NCBI GenBank assembly: GCA_964016885.1
Contig: OZ024757.1
Span: 22,320,001 to 22,384,000 of the forward strand
Direction: 5' to 3'
Length of the DNA: 64,000 bases
DNA from: Eledone cirrhosa
Lineage: Eukaryota
The notes beneath the pieces were generated by a model. The model worked only from the letters and a program-made list of their open reading frames with translations. It had not been told where the DNA came from and made no database searches. This document shows, one piece after another, positions 1 through 13,256 of the stretch. How positions within the stretch are numbered: the stretch's first letter is position 1; each line of letters opens with the position of its first letter. The position numbers and the translations under genes are program-made.

Positions 1-3000
1 CATATACCTGATCCACACAACAACACTGACTCAAGTGCTGGTGTCAGGGTCCATGCACCTGATTCATACAACAACACAGGCTCAAGTGCTGATGTCAGGG
101 TCCATATACCTGATCCATACAACAACACTGACTCAAGTGCTGGTGTCAGGGTCCATATACCTGATCCACACAACAACACTGACTCAAGTGCTGGTGTCAG
201 GGTCCATATACCTGATCCACACAACAACACTGACTCAAGTGCTGGTGTCAGGGTCCATGCACCTGATTCATACAACAACACAGGCTCAAGTGCTGATGTC
301 AGGGTCCATATACCTGATCCACACAACAACACTGACTCAAGTGCTGGTGTCAGGGTCCATATACCTGATCCACACAACAACACTGACTCAAGTGCTGGTG
401 TCAGGGTCCATGCATCTGATCCATACAACAACACTGACTCAAGTGCTGGTGTCAGGGTCCATGCACCTGATTCATACAACAACACAGGCTCAAGTGCTGA
501 TGTCAGGGTCCATATACCTGATCCACACAACAACACTGACTCAAGTGCTGGTGTCAGGGTCCATGCACCTGATCCACACAACAACACTGACTCAAGTGCT
601 GGTGTCAGGGTCCATGCATCTGATCCATACAACAACACTGGCTCAAGTGCTGGTGTCAGGGTCCATATACCTGATCCACACAACAACACTGACTCAAGTG
701 CTGATGTCAGGGTCCATGTACCTGATTCATACAACAACACTGACTCAAGTGCTGGTGTCAGGGTCCATATACCTGATCCACACAACAACACTGACTCAAG
801 TGCTGGTGTCAGGGTCCATGCACCTGATCCACACAACAACACTGACTCAAGTGCTGGTGTCAGGGTCCATGCACCTGATTCATACAACAACACTGGCTCA
901 AGTGCTGGTGTCAGGGTCCATATACCTGATCCATACAACAACACTGACTCAAGTGCTGGTGTCAGGGTCCATGTACCTGATCCACACAACAACACTGACT
1001 CAAGTGCTGGTGTCAGGGTCCATGTACCTGATCCACACAACAACACTGACTCAAGTGCTGGTGTCAGGGTCCATGCACCTGATCCACACAACAACACTGA
1101 CTCAAGTGCTGGTGTCAGGGTCCATGCACCTGATTCATACAACAACACTGACTCAAGTGCTGGTGTCAGGGTCCATATACCTGATCCACACAACAACACT
1201 GACTCAAGTGCTGGTGTCAGGGTCCATGCACCTGATCCACACAACAACACTGACTCAAGTGTTGGTGTCAGGGTCCATGCACCTGATTCATACAACAACA
1301 CTGGCTCAAGTGCTGGTGTCAGGGTCCATATACCTGATCCACACAACAACACTGACTCAAGTGCTGGTGTCAGGGTCCATGCACCTGATCCACACAACAA
1401 CACTGACTCAAGTGCTGGTGTCAGGGTCCATGCACCTGATTCATACAAAAACACTGGCTCAAGTGCTGGTGTCAGGGTCCATATACCTGATCCACACAAC
1501 AACACTGACTCAAGTGCTGATGTCAGGGTCCATGTACCTGATTCATACAACAACACTGACTCAAGTGCTGGTGTCAGGGTCCATATACCTGATCCACACA
1601 ACAACACTGACTCAAGTGCTGGTGTCAGGGTCCATATACCTGATCCACACAACAACACTGGCTCAAGTGCTGGTGTCAGGGTCCATATACCTGATCCACA
1701 CAACAACACTGACTCAAGTGCTGGTGTCAGGGTCCATGTACCTGATTCATACAACAACACAGGCTCAAGTGCTGGTGTCAGGGTCCATATACCTGATCCA
1801 CACAACAACACTGACTCAAGTGCTGGTGTCAGGGTCCATGTACCTGATTCATACAACAACACAGGCTCAAGTGCTGGTGTCAGGGTCCATATACCTGATC
1901 CACACAACAGCACTGACTCAAGTGCTGGTGTCAGGGTCCATATACCTGATCCACACAACAACACTGACTCAAGTGCTGGTGTCAGGGTCCCTGTACCTGA
2001 TCCACACAACAACACTGACTCAAGTGCTGGTGTCAGGGTCCATGCATCTGATCCATACAACAACACTGACTCAAGTGCTGGTGTCAGGGTCCATATACCT
2101 GATCCACACAACAACACTGACTCAAGTGCTGGTGTCAGGGTCCATGCATCTGATCCATACAACAACACTGACTCAAGTGCTGGTGTCAGGGTCCATATAC
2201 CTGATCCACACAACAACACTGACTCAAGTGCTGGTGTCAGGGTCCATATACCTGATTCATACAACAACACTGACTCAAGTGCTGGTGTCAGGGTCCATAT
2301 ACCTGATCCACACAACAACACTGACTCAAGTGCTGGTGTCAGGGTCCATGCATCTGATCCATACAACAACACTGACTCAAGTGCTGGTGTCAGGGTTCAT
2401 GTACCTGATTCATACAACAAGACAGGCTCAAGTGCTGGTGTCAGGGTCCATATACCTGATTCATACAACAACACAGGCTCAAGTGCTGATGTCAGGGTCC
2501 ATATACCTGATCCACACAACAACACTGACTCAAGTGCTGGTGTCAGGGTCCATATACCTGATCCACACAACAACACTGACTCAAGTGCTGGTGTCAGGGT
2601 CCATGCATCTGATCCATACAACAACACTGACTCAAGTGCTGGTGTCAGGGTCCATGTACCTGATTCATACAACAACACAGGCTCAAGTGCTGGTGTCAGG
2701 GTCCATGTACCTGATTCATACAACAACACAGGCTCAAGTGCTGGTGTCAGGGTCCATGCACCTGATCCACACAACAACACTGACTCAAGTGCTGATGTCA
2801 GGGTCCATATACCTGATCCACACAACAACACTGACTCAAGTGCTGGTGTCAGGGTCCATATACCTGATCCATACAACAACACAGGCTCAAGTGCTGATGT
2901 CAGGGTCCATATACCTGATTCATACAACAACACAGGCTCAAGTGCTGGTATCAGGGTCCATGCACCTGATTCATACAACAACACAGGCTCAAGTGCTGAT

Positions 3001-3858
3001 GTCAGGGTCCATATACCTGATTCATACAACAACACAGGCTCAAGTGCTGGTGTCAGGGTCCATGCACCTGATTCATACAACAACACTGACTCAAGTGCTG
3101 GTGTCAGGGTCCATGCACCTGATTCATACAACAACACTGACTCAAGTGCTGGTGTCAGGGTCCATGTACCTGATTCATACAACAACACAGGCTCAAGTGC
3201 TGATGTCAGGGTCCATATACCTGATTCATACAACAACACAGGCTCAAGTGCTGGTGTCAGGGTCCATGCACCTGATTCATACAACAACACTGACTCAAGT
3301 GCTGGTGTCAGGGTCCATGCACCTGATTCATACAACAACACTGACTCAAGTGCTGGTGTCAGGGTCCATGTACCTGATTCATACAACAACACAGGCTCAA
3401 GTGCTGATGTCAGGGTCCATATACCTGATTCATACAACAACACAGGCTCAAGTGCTGGTGTCAGGGTCCATGCACCTGATTCATACAACAACACTGACTC
3501 AAGTGCTGGTGTCAGGGTCCATATACCTGATTCATACAACAACACAGGCTCAAGTGCTGATGTCAGGGTCCATGTACCTGATTCATACAACAACACAGGC
3601 TCAAGTGCTGATGTCAGGGTCCATATACCTGATCCACACAACAACACTGACTCAAGTGCTGGTGTCAGGGTCCATATACCTGATCCACACAACAACACTG
3701 ACTCAAGTGCTGGTGTCAGGGTCCATGCATCTGATCCATACAACAACACTGACTCAAGTGCTGGTGTCAGGGTCCATGTAAACTGATCTATACAACAACA
3801 CAGGCTCAAGTGCTGGTGTCAGGGTCCATATACCTGATCCACACAACAACACTGACTC
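1..3858 (-). repeat. 51-bp tandem satellite (~75 copies, open at left edge) derived from RTE-X LINE ORF2
   Basis: Unit catatacctgatccacacaacaacactgactcaagtgctggtgtcagggtc recurs every 51 bp. The minus strand reads (WTLTPALESVLLYGSxx)n, contiguous with RT-like sequence at 3861-4025. Confidence 0.95.
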
Positions 3859-3860
3859 TG

Positions 3861-4025
3861 AGGGTCCATGTACCTGATCCATACAACAATACTGATTCAA
3901 CATGTTCTAAAGAATGATATTTTTATTTTTCTGGATATATTTGACGTCATCCATATGCTTTCCATTTTGTTCAATGCAGCCGAGATATTTGAAATTCTAA
4001 AGCAGCTACTGGCAACATCAGAAGA
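3861..4025 (-). pseudogene. RTE-X-type LINE ORF2 remnant (post-RT region)
   Basis: Minus strand AALNKMESIWMTSNISRKIKISFFRTC/(frameshift)ESVLLYGSGTWTL resembles the RTE-X pattern ALNKLxxIWKSNLSRxLKIxFFRACVESVLLYGSETWTLT. Confidence 0.8.
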
Positions 4026-4032
4026 AATAACA

Positions 4033-4158
4033 GTTTCTAGTTTAGGCACAAGACCAGATATTATGAGGGACGCGACCACAGTATCTGACTGGTACTTTAT
4101 TTTATCAACACCATTGAAAGGATGCAAGGCAAAGTTGGCTTCAGTGGGATTTGAGCTC
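4033..4158 (-). mobile_element. SINE family B, partial
   Basis: ggcacaagaccag...ctggtactttattttatc...ggcaaagttgg...gggatttgagctc is the reverse complement of the family B body. Confidence 0.75.
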
Positions 4159-4839
4159 TTGTCATTTCAACAGCTAGTTCCAGACTCTGAAACTAGCTGG
4201 TGAAATGGCAACAAGTACTCTGTTGAGTAATGGTCTAAACAGTTTCAAACTGAATCAACTCTGATTAATATATATATAGATATGCCTCGTTTTTTTTGGC
4301 TTAGGTGGTTGATAGCTTCTTAACCGCCTTCTCAGTTTGTATGGCCTTTATAACCTATGTTTATTGCTCTGGTCTCTTTTGGTCCATGGAGCACTTGCCA
4401 GCATGACTCGGAAATTGCGTTTCGCTTATTTCTACCCGCCGAATTATGATTCTCACTGAATTTATATTTATATATATATATATATTCATGGATTATATGG
4501 AAACAGAACACAAGTAGTAGTAGTAGTAGTAGTAGTGGTGGTAGTAGTAGTAGTGGTGGAGTGACATAGATAATGATAACAAATGTTAGGTTAATGGGGT
4601 TAACCTATCAAATGCTTTCTAAAAGTCATTTCTAACACTAACAGTTATGACACAATGTTACTATGAGATAAAGCAGCCAATGAATGGAATGGTTATCATC
4701 ATCATCATGTTTATGATCAGGGTGGAGGATAGCAAGAGAAAGAGAGAGAGAGAGAGGGGGGGGAGAGGGGTATTTTAGCCCCAAATTGGCTTTGGTTCTA
4801 AGAAAAACAAACAAACAAAAAACACCTATTTTAAAGGGT

Positions 4840-5140
4840 CATCATCATCATTTTACGTCCGCTTTTTCCTGCTTGCAAGGGTGGGACGGGAACTGATTCT
4901 GGCTTGATTTCTACAGCTGGATGCCCTTCCTAACACCAACCTCATTTACAGTGAGTGCTGGGTGCTTTTTTTCCGTGACACCTCCATGACCACTTTGCAG
5001 TGGAATGATATGGACCCCAGTCCCTATCATCTCATTTCTACAGCTGAGTAAACTGGAGCAATGTGAAATAAAGTGTCTTGCTCAAGGAAACAACACATCA
5101 CCCAGTCTGAGAATTGAACTCACAATCTTTCGATTGCAAT
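4840..5140 (-). mobile_element. tRNA-derived SINE family A, 5'-truncated
   Basis: Matches the other family A copies (ccttgagcaagacactt CORE-like box, (gat)n tail). Confidence 0.9.
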
Positions 5141-5924
5141 TAAATAAATTAAAATTTTCCAACATAATTTTATATAAGAACCATACATTACATTACTCTC
5201 TTAGCAATGAAAAATGATTTTTGTAAATCCCTCAAAATTTCTTAATGACTTAAAAAAGTGTATTTCATTAGAAACAGAGCCATGAAAGTGTTAAGAATAG
5301 ATGAATGCCTGGTTAAAAAATCTAGGATTTTGAAATCATGGCGCACCCTTCAGTTACCAAACAAAGGGTTGGGAGAACCCTTCAGTCATGTCAAGGACAT
5401 GCGAGCTTCCCTGGTGTTGGAATGCACCCAGTACACACTGTAAAGTGGTTGGTGATAGGAAGGGCATTCCCAAACAAGGTGTTGGGAGGGCCCTCAGTTA
5501 TGTCAAAGACACAAAACTCCTGTGCACTTGGTAGAATGTGAGACCATACATGAGATAACAGATTTATAGCCTGCCTAAGAGGTCAGTAGCCCTACTTCAG
5601 TACTGACTAGGTCTGTGTAGCCCTGTCCAACCCTTGCTAACAGGGAAAGCAGATGTTAAAATGATGATGATGTTGACATTTTCCTATCTTCTGTGTATCT
5701 ACAAGACGTCTTTCATTAAGTCTTCATGCATTTATGATCTAACAATGACTTTGTCACACTAAATCTACTTGGGAAGTACTCCTACATTAAGGTCCCCACA
5801 GAAAATGACAAAAGAGTTGGTTGGAAGATTAAAAACCACCCCAGTGAGAACAAAGACACAATAGCATAAATCTCATTGGGAGTGTTGTATCAAGCGTTAC
5901 ACAGACATCAATAGTTTATGGTAT

Positions 5925-6235
5925 ATCTTATCCGTATCCATCACCCACAGATAAGACAACGAGCACAACTTCACACCAACAGTCTCTGTTTCTCATCAAG
6001 GTTTGTAGGTCATCCTTGTCAATTCCAATGTCTCTTGATATGGTATCTTGGTATCTGAGCTTTCTGGTAGTAGAGATCTCCCACAACAAGAGGTCTGAAA
6101 CCATTTCATCTTTTGTGTGGAAGCAGTGACCAGCAAACCTTGTATGACGTTCAATCAGTCATGAACTTACTTTAGGGATTTTTCTGTATATCTGATTAAG
6201 TGTGGGTCTGCCAAGGAATATTTTGAGCCTTTCTC
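5925..6235 (-). pseudogene. RTE-X LINE 3' coding remnant
   Basis: Minus translation ...RFAGHCFHTKDEMVSDLLLW...RKLRYQDTISRDIG...LMRNRDCW is a typical RTE-X C-terminus and carries a stop and a frameshift. Confidence 0.75.
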
Positions 6236-6763
6236 AGAATGGTAGTGTAACATCCATCTAAGCAGCTCTGTAGGTGGGCATGCAAGTCTCAGAACCATAC
6301 AAGCCATAATTTATAGCATAGTCACTATGATTGATTTGTTATTTGAATACAAATGATATTCTACTGTTGTAAGCATATTGATGTAAAACCAATCGAGGTG
6401 GAAAGACCAGTTATCTCTGCTCTGATGTAAACAATCTGGTTTCATTTGGTCAGTTATGACGGACAAAAACCACAGTTAGGAGTTTGTAATAAATCAACTG
6501 CTAAACTCTCTTAGACTTGACTTCTCTCTATTGTGTGGTGTTAACATATCTTTGGTTTCTATCTAATGTACTTCCCCAGATACCTACTATAATACATTAT
6601 AAAATGAATTAATCCATTAACAACTGATATTAATTCCTCTTAAGGTGGAGGAATCGGGGATGGGATAATAGTAAAACAATCTATATTATTAGTTTTAGTT
6701 GCATTATAGAATTGATATCATAGATACATTGATATGAAAATGTGCTGTATTATTTATATCAAC

Positions 6764-6833
6764 ATCTCTCTCTCTCTCCGTATATATATACACACACGCG
6801 CACACATATATATATATATATATATACACACAT

Positions 6834-6872
<39 letters not shown>

Positions 6873-7101
6873 TATATATACACACACACACACATATATA
6901 TATATACACACATACTCATATATATATATATATATACACACACATACACATATATACACACACACATATATATACACACACATATATATACACATACACA
7001 CATATATATATATACACACACATACACATACACACACACACATATATATATACACACATACACACATATATACACACACATACGCGCACACATATATATA
7101 T

Positions 7102-7154
<53 letters not shown>

Positions 7155-7265
7155 TATAAATATATACACACACATACACATATTTATACACACATACACA
7201 CACATACATATATACACACACATATATATACACACATTAACATATATATATATACACACATACAC

Positions 7266-7306
<41 letters not shown>

Positions 7307-7307
7307 C
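6764..7307. repeat. Compound (TA)n/(CA)n microsatellite
   Basis: Direct reading. It explains the YI/HT/CV ORFs. Confidence 0.95.
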
Positions 7308-7310
7308 AGT

Positions 7311-7440
7311 CGGCTTTCCTGATGATTTCTTTCGAATGAAAGAGTTCTAGTCCTGTAGAAGCCATTTCTATATTAAATATTTATACTCTGCAATATATTG
7401 AGTACCTTACTTACTGTGGTTACCCCGGGTTGACCCCGAC
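7311..7440 (+). mobile_element. Penelope-like terminal-repeat fragment, family D (degenerate hammerhead core)
   Basis: ctgatga tttctttcgaat gaaa gagttctagtc ctgtagaagcc. Homologous to 16243-16415, 54590-54740 and 62190-62241, and flanked by (TA)/(CA). Confidence 0.55.
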
Positions 7441-7510
7441 ACACACATATATATATATATATAAACAAGAAGTCTAAGTCACCACATACTCAAATTAAAA
7501 TTATATATAA

Positions 7511-8104
7511 ACTAGCAGTGGTACCCGGCGTAACCGCCTTAGCTAAACTTAGTATTGCCACAACCACGGCTGGCAAAGAAGTAAGGGTCTGGTGGTACGT
7601 AAGTAAGCAACACTGTGGCTTAAAACGTGAGGAAGAAGTTGTGTGCACTTACCAACTGTTTGGGGAATGAGTGTGAGATTTGTCTTGAGCAAGGGAGGCA
7701 GAATAACCGGAGGCAGCAGACAGCCAGACATACAGACAGATATTATAAGGGCGTGTTCTGGACGCAGATCGAATTGTAGGAAGTGACGTAATGCAGACAG
7801 CCAGACATACAGACAGATATTATAAGGGCACAACGTTATATGTATGTATCTATCTAAAAAGAGAAAGACTAAGAATTATAGAGAGAGATCGCTAAATCGC
7901 CCAATGCGGTCCGTAGGGCATATAAAATTGGAAATATTTTTTTGCTCAGAAACATAAGTATTACATGTGTAAAGTTTGAAAATAGTCGGTTGGGTGCTTC
8001 TTTAGTTTTAAGGATTCAAACTCACACACACACACAGACAGACATCTTCAGTTTTATATATATAGACTAGCAGAAAACTGCCCACCGGGTGGTTTTCTGC
8101 TAGT
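7511..8104 (+). mobile_element. Helentron/Helitron-type non-autonomous element(s) (DINE-1/Lep1-like)
   Basis: Starts actagcagtggtacccggcg and has internal (acag)n-like runs. Ends ...cagttttatatatatagactag followed by an 18-bp-stem hairpin at 8066-8104. Confidence 0.55.
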
Positions 8105-8199
8105 ATATATATATATTACACACACAGAAATGTATATATATTTCTGTGTGTGTGTATATATATATATATATAACACACACAGAAATGTATATACATTTC

Positions 8200-8232
<33 letters not shown>

Positions 8233-8258
8233 CACACACAGAAATGTATATATATTTC

Positions 8259-8313
<55 letters not shown>

Positions 8314-8462
8314 CACACACAGAAATGTATATATATTTCTGTGTGTATATATATATATATTACACACACAGAAATGTATATATATTTCTGTGTGTATATA
8401 TATATATTTCTGTGTGTGTATATATATATTACACACACACAGAAATGTATATATGTTTCTGT
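8105..8462. repeat. Array of self-palindromic units acacacagaaatgtatatatatttctgtgtgt separated by (TA)n
   Basis: About five hairpin-forming units read directly. Confidence 0.85.
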
Positions 8463-8864
8463 AGCACTCCTCAATTCCCCCCCCCCTCTCTCTCCCCCTC
8501 TTGTAGTATGTCTCTTTCTTTCACTCTCACTCTCTATGCATGCGCAAAAAACATTCGCACGCGCGCACGTGTTTCCACTGTCGGACAGACAGACAAACAG
8601 AGAAATTGGTGGTTATATATTATAAGGAGATAAGTAAGACTGTTTTGAAACAGCGAGCTAGTTTGAAATTAGAAATAGAAGCTTTTGCCGTATTTTTTAC
8701 TAAAGAAATTTTAACCTGATATTGGTGTTTTAGAACCCTCTAAGAAATGGAAAGAGATGAGTATTGACAAACATGGGAGACGAACCCACATCTTTATATA
8801 TATATATATATATCATGATGATGATGATGATATATATATATATATACATATATATAGGTAGATA

Positions 8865-9058
8865 TATGAGGCTCGACTAAAAAGTTCATAGGCTGACTAT
8901 GAAGGATTTATGATAGAGCTGTGAAATCTCGCCTGCATTAATTGTAACTCTCATTAATAACTCCATTACTTTTTTCCAGGGAATAAATAAAAAAAATAAA
9001 ACTCATTTAGTTATTCCATGAGAGTATCTTGGTCAGCCCATGAACTCTTTAGGCAACA
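8865..9058 (+). mobile_element. mariner-type MITE
   Basis: TIR-like ends tatgaggctcgactaaaaagttcataggctgac / gtcagcccatgaactctttag. Homologous to 10935-11285. Confidence 0.7.
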
Positions 9059-9559
9059 GAAATGTGAACTTGAAATATTAAAATCTTTGTCACTACAGAG
9101 GCATGCCAGCATTTATATTTGAAAATTCTTTATACAGACTTTTGTTAACCTAGATTGTTACAGGTTTTATCAAATGATCTAGTTCTTTTTATTTGATAGA
9201 TCAAATACCTTTAATACTTCAAACCAAAAAGTTTAGTATCATAGAACCAGGGAGAGATTCAGGCAGTCTGTTATCAAAAGAGTTAATCAATTCTGTGTTC
9301 TAAGTCTTTAAGGGCTCGTAGGCATCATGACACATCTCATTTTAAATAGCCCAGTCAATCAACCTATAAATAAGTATCTGTTAAAATCTATGGCATACAA
9401 ACTTATTTATATTTGAAAACTTTATATATAGATTTTTGTCATCACAGACCATTTATAGTCTTATCAAACACGTTATTTGACAGATCAAATAACATCAAAC
9501 TATAGCTTCTTTTGTTGTTGTTGCTTTGTTTTTATTGGACTTGTCTGGCAACAGAGGGT

Positions 9560-9870
9560 GGGGTTAGGGTTGTGATTTTTACAGGTCTTTTCAGACTGGT
9601 GAGATTGAAGGGGTTAACATTCTTCTTGAGCAGTTGCAAGACAACAGCTACAGGGAAGAAATTCCAGAGTGCTGATGTTCTAGATAGGATAGAGTTGATT
9701 GGCATAGTTGATTTGTGCAGGGCATGAGAGTGAGGAGAGAAGGAGAGATGAGTTAATTGAGAATGACTGAGTAGTGGCAGTAGAAGACCAGCCAGTCAAC
9801 CAGTCAGCCAGTCAAAGGAGCAGAGGTCAGTGTAGTAGTTGTAGAAAAGACAGAGAGAAGAGATAGCATT
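9560..9870 (-). pseudogene. CR1/L2-group LINE 3' remnant
   Basis: Minus translation contains SLCLFYNYY...CS and SRTSALWNFFP...LQLLKKNVN, resembling the CR1-group C-terminus. Confidence 0.55.
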
Positions 9871-10502
9871 AATCACTCCACCCCCACCTCCCCTATCCTC
9901 CTCAAAATCTTGACACTCTCAGATGTCTTCCCTGTAGCTGTTGACCTTTAACAGGTCACCAGGAGAAATATTAACCCTTCTGTCATCACATTTCTAATGA
10001 AAGACATTGCCTATGATTTACAAATAATTTTGAAAATAATATAGGATTTGAAGGGATTTAGGAATAAATACTAACGTTCTTCTTACTAAGTTGATGTTTG
10101 GAACATAACTTAATATTATAATGGGAGTTTTGTTTTAAATAAATAAAAATGGCTTATTACTATGTTTCTAATGAAAGAGACAGTCTACGGTTTTCAAATC
10201 AACCTCACATCATTCTCAAATAGCCAATTCAATAAAGCTGTAAATAAATACCATATACAAAGATAATTCTTAAAATATATCATTAAAATTACTTTATCTA
10301 GATTTTCTCTTAAAGTTTTCCATTTCTATCTTGGTTTTTAGAATAGAGACAACAAAAGGTGGTTGGTGTCAGGAAGGGTTTCTGGCTAAAAAACATTGAC
10401 TTAAATTATGCCAATCCATGTCAGCATGGAAACGTGAAGAAAATAAAAAAAATATTGATGATATTGAATTCTGAAGGATTACAGAATTATGTTTCATCAT
10501 TG

Positions 10503-10920
10503 ATTTCTAATTTAGACTGAAGGCCAGCAAATTTGGTGGAAGAGAGGGCAAAGTTGATTAAATCAACTCCATTACTTGACTGGTATTTCATTTTATCAAC
10601 CCTGGAAGGATGGAAGGCAAAGTTGACCTCGGCCAGATTTGAAATCAGAATGTAAAGAGCCAGCACAAATACCACAATGACATTTTAATTGACGCTCCAC
10701 CAATTCTGCCAATCCACAATCCTATACCTACAAATAATTGTTTCTACTTTTGGCACAAGGACAGCAATAACCCAGTACATTACTGGTACTTTATTTTATC
10801 GACCCCGTAAGGATGAAAGGCAAAGTTAACCTCGGCGGGATTTGAACTCAGTTCGTAAAGGGACGTAACTATGCTGCAAAGCATGGCGTCCAACCCTCTA
10901 CTGATACTGCCAATCCACCG
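10503..10920 (-). mobile_element. Two adjacent SINE family B copies
   Basis: Reverse complement of ggcagtatcggtagag...gagttcaaatcccgccgaggttaactttgcctttcatccttacggggtcgataaaataaagtaccag. Confidence 0.9.
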
Positions 10921-10934
10921 ACAAATAATATTCA

Positions 10935-11285
10935 TACAAAGGCTGTCTCAAAAGTTCATAGGCTGACTATGAAGGAGTGATGCTAGAGCTGTGAAATTTT
11001 GCATGCATTAATTTCAATGCTTCTTATTAATAACTGCATTATTTCATTCCAGGGACTGTGTTGAAAAATATACCTCATTTGGTCATTCCATGAGAGTATC
11101 TTGGTCATAAGCTGACTATGAAGGAGTGATGCTAGAATTGTGAAATTTTGCATGCATTAATTTCAACTCTTCTTCTTGATAACTACATTATTTCTTACCA
11201 GGGACTATGCTGAAAAATAAACCTCAGTTGGTCATTCCATGAGAGTATCTTAGTCAGCCTATCAACGTTTCAGCCGACCCTCATA
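10935..11285 (+). mobile_element. mariner-type MITE with internal duplication
   Basis: ta-caaaggctgtctcaaaagttcataggctgac ... gtcagcctatcaacgtttcagccgaccctca-ta, with TA flanks. The ~150-bp core is present twice. Confidence 0.75.
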
Positions 11286-11483
11286 CATGTTCATCATACA
11301 AGGTTCTTCTTATCCAATGTCTAAAATAGTTATAAATTCAGCTGTGAATTCCTCATTAACTAATCATTAACTAATCATAATATTAATGTATCTGGTTAGA
11401 AATACTGAAGAACATGTCATTAGCTTCGTAATAATCTAACTTTCATTTACTATTTTCCTGGAGAGGGGTGGGTTGTGCCAGGT

Positions 11484-11905
11484 TTAACCCTTTAGCATTC
11501 ACATTACTCTATATATAGTATTGTATTTTCATGGTAAAGGCTTTACCTCACATAATATTCACATTATATATACTATTACATTTTCACGGTAAAGGCTTTA
11601 CCTCACATAATATCTCACATAATATTCACATTATATATATTATTATATTTTCATGGTAAAGGCTTTACCTCACATAATATCTCACATAACATTTACATTA
11701 CTCTATATATACTATTATATTTTCACAGTAAAGGCTTTACCTCACATAATTATGTCACATAATATCGAATCTATGAGATTTTGAAAGTATTTATTTTGAG
11801 AACAATACCTTAACATCAGTTTGAGCAGCCAGTTACAGCCAGTTTCAACAGAAAGAAGTAGAGAATTCTGGCCGGTTTTGGCCGGTTTGAACATTAAAGG
11901 GTTAA
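11484..11905 (+). mobile_element. piggyBac-type MITE
   Basis: TTAA-ccctttagc ... aaaggg-TTAA ends. Same family at 20114 (partial), 24606, 29844, 35808 and 48081. Confidence 0.85.
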
Positions 11906-11959
11906 TATGTCCAACAAATGCCTACAGTACCTTACAACTACCTCAGGTATTACGGTTCT

Positions 11960-12304
11960 GTACATACATACAGACTTGCATATATATGTACAAACACACA
12001 TACAAACAGACACATATACTTGCATACATATATACACACACAAATACTTGCATACATACACATGTACACACGAATACTTGCATACATACATATGTACCTA
12101 TGTACATATATAGACACACACACACACACATACACATGCCGAAATTATGTACTCACACGCTTACATACATATATATATATATACACACACACACAAATAC
12201 TTGCATACGTACACATGTACACACACAAATACTTGCATATAAACATATGTACCTACGTACATATATAGACACATACTTGCATACATAAGTGAACTCATAC
12301 ATAC

Positions 12305-12335
<31 letters not shown>

Positions 12336-12345
12336 CATACACACA
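11960..12345. repeat. (CA/TA)-rich minisatellite with aaatacttgcatac motif
   Basis: Direct reading. Confidence 0.8.
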
Positions 12346-13074
12346 CTGCCTATTTGCCTTTCATGTAGTATTTCATCACAGCACTCTATGTAATGGGCTG
12401 TGATGTGAATAGGGAGACCCCACCACCCAACATTTCCCCTACTTTCCAGTTCCAGAAGCTGGAGGGGTGGGGGTGACTTGTAGCATTTATCCCAGCCTCA
12501 ACGCCCACAGACAAAATTTACAGAAAATAAATGAATAAAGTAAAAGAAATGAAACTAAGATTGAAATCAGATGTACTTTCACTTTCGTTTTTAAAATGTC
12601 ATAGTCTATTGGACTAGGTGGCTATCCTGACCTTTTCCCCATCTCTTTTACAGGTTTTCCCTCCCTTCTTATGTAAAGTAACACAACCTTACTGTCAGGA
12701 CAAGCTGACATATATTTAAAAGCTTCTATTTAACAGTGACATTAAAATGTCTTCCATAAAAGCTAATAATATTCCAAAGAAAGATAAAAAAAAAAAAGAA
12801 TAAATAAACAAACAAATAAAAGAACAATGGCACACAGTAAAATCTAATAATCATTATATATACACACACACACATACATATATACACACACACAGTAAAA
12901 TCTAATAATCATTATACACACACACACACATTATTCACACACACATACATATATACACACACACACAGTAAAATCTAATAATCATTATACACACACACAT
13001 ACATATATACACATACATATATACACACACATACTTATTTAGGCACCTTGTGCTTAAATAAGAAATCATTATTA

Positions 13075-13250
13075 GATTTCTTATTTAGGCACAAGGCCAG
13101 CAATTTTGGGGGGAGGGGAAAGTTGATTATATCGACCCCAGTGCATTACTGGTACTTTATTTTATCGACCCTGTAAGGATGAAAGGTAAAGCAACCCTGG
13201 CGGGATTTGAACTCAGAATATAAAGGGACATACATAACTATATGATGTAT
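13075..13250 (-). mobile_element. SINE family B (head displaced by inverted duplication)
   Basis: Family B body in reverse. Its head lies at about 13392-13425. Confidence 0.8.
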
Positions 13251-13256
13251 ATCATA

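Noticed and set aside
35-3781. 1248-aa ORF as a real gene
   Set aside because: It is a stop-free antisense frame of a 51-bp satellite, and the meaningful frame is the LINE-derived minus strand.
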